Source: a virus
Strand: one strand, 5' to 3'
Length of the DNA: 64,000 nt
Virus record (IMG/VR): IMGVR_UViG_3300044811_000031
Span: 23,792-87,791 of that record
The notes beneath the pieces were generated by a model. The model did not search any database, was not told the DNA's origin, and was given only the letters and a program-made list of their open reading frames with translations. Position numbers and translations under genes: made by a program. This document shows, piece by piece, positions 63,566-64,000 of this stretch. Numbering within the stretch: the stretch's first letter is position 1; each line of letters begins with the position of its first letter.

Positions 63566-63903
63566 GCCCGGCCTTCCGTGAAGCCGGTGCACAGGGCACG
63601 CAGCTCGTCCTCGCAGGGGGTGCAGAGCAGGGTGTGGGGCTTGCCGGTCCACAGGGCCTGGCGGAAGGTCCAGTCGTTGCAGCTGGCGCAACGGGGGCCC
63701 CGGGCGGCGACGGCGGCGAGCGTCGCGGGCCAGTTGGTGCTCTGGACCGACGGGACGGTCTGGCCGTCGTGGCTGTGGATGCGCAGGCACCGCAGGACGT
63801 CGTGCTCGGAGGCGTCCTCGCTGTCGCAGCCGTACTCGTTCAGCGCGGTGGCGTAGGCGAACTCTCCGGGGGTCACCGGGACCACGGCCGGGGACAGGTG
63901 CAC
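63559..63903 (-). CDS. Cys-rich hypothetical protein (start uncertain)
   Basis: CASC..CTPC; the strong RBS at 63944 is out of frame. Confidence 0.45.
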   Translation of the reverse strand: MHLSPAVVPVTPGEFAYATALNEYGCDSEDASEHDVLRCLRIHSHDGQTVPSVQSTNWPATLAAVAARGPRCASCNDWTFRQALWTGKPHTLLCTPCEDELRALCTGFTEGRAW

Positions 63904-63980
63904 GGGCGGTCAGGCCACGTGCAGACGGGCTGGTTGCTGATCATGATCTCCCTCTCTCCTGGTTTCCGTTGTGCCCTACG

Positions 63981-63990
63981 ATGATACCCC
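63981..63990 (-). promoter_or_regulatory. Putative -10 element GGGGTATCAT
   Basis: Same GGGTATNNT pattern as at 55700 and 57754. Confidence 0.4.
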
Positions 63991-64000
63991 GCGCTTACCC

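Noticed and set aside
63873-63944. Programmed frameshift joining the strong start at 63944 to ORF 63559-63903
   Set aside because: Cannot be distinguished from a sequencing error, a pseudogene or a 23-aa micro-ORF

Overview
A ~70% GC siphovirus-type actinobacteriophage segment; the host is probably a filamentous actinomycete, judging by WhiB, DUF397 and a TraB/Spd-like module. Bases 1-26035 are a + strand virion and lysis operon with a Rosebush/cluster-B-like layout: the end of an ADP-ribosyltransferase-bearing gene, a capsid protease, two capsid proteins, tail genes, a frameshifting chaperone, a tape measure with a lytic transglycosylase domain, three paralogous minor tail proteins, holin-like genes, an endolysin and a glycosyltransferase. 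Bases ~26000-64000 are almost all - strand: many small early genes (WhiB, HU, HicA-like, WYL, DUF932), three canonical tRNAs, four atypical tRNA-like RNAs, a Streptomyces-plasmid-type transfer module, a glycan-synthesis cluster, ParB-like proteins, RuvC, an SSB-like protein, an exonuclease and a helicase. No terminase, portal, integrase or polymerase is in the window. The most notable unexplained signals are: a 160-213 bp non-coding element in three gapless dispersed copies; the conjugation/spreading module inside a virion-encoding phage; tRNA scaffolds with remodelled anticodon arms; a ~560-nt structured leader behind a strong promoter; a repeated leader hairpin; and an AT-rich palindrome in five copies. 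All product calls come from motif recognition by eye, not database searches.
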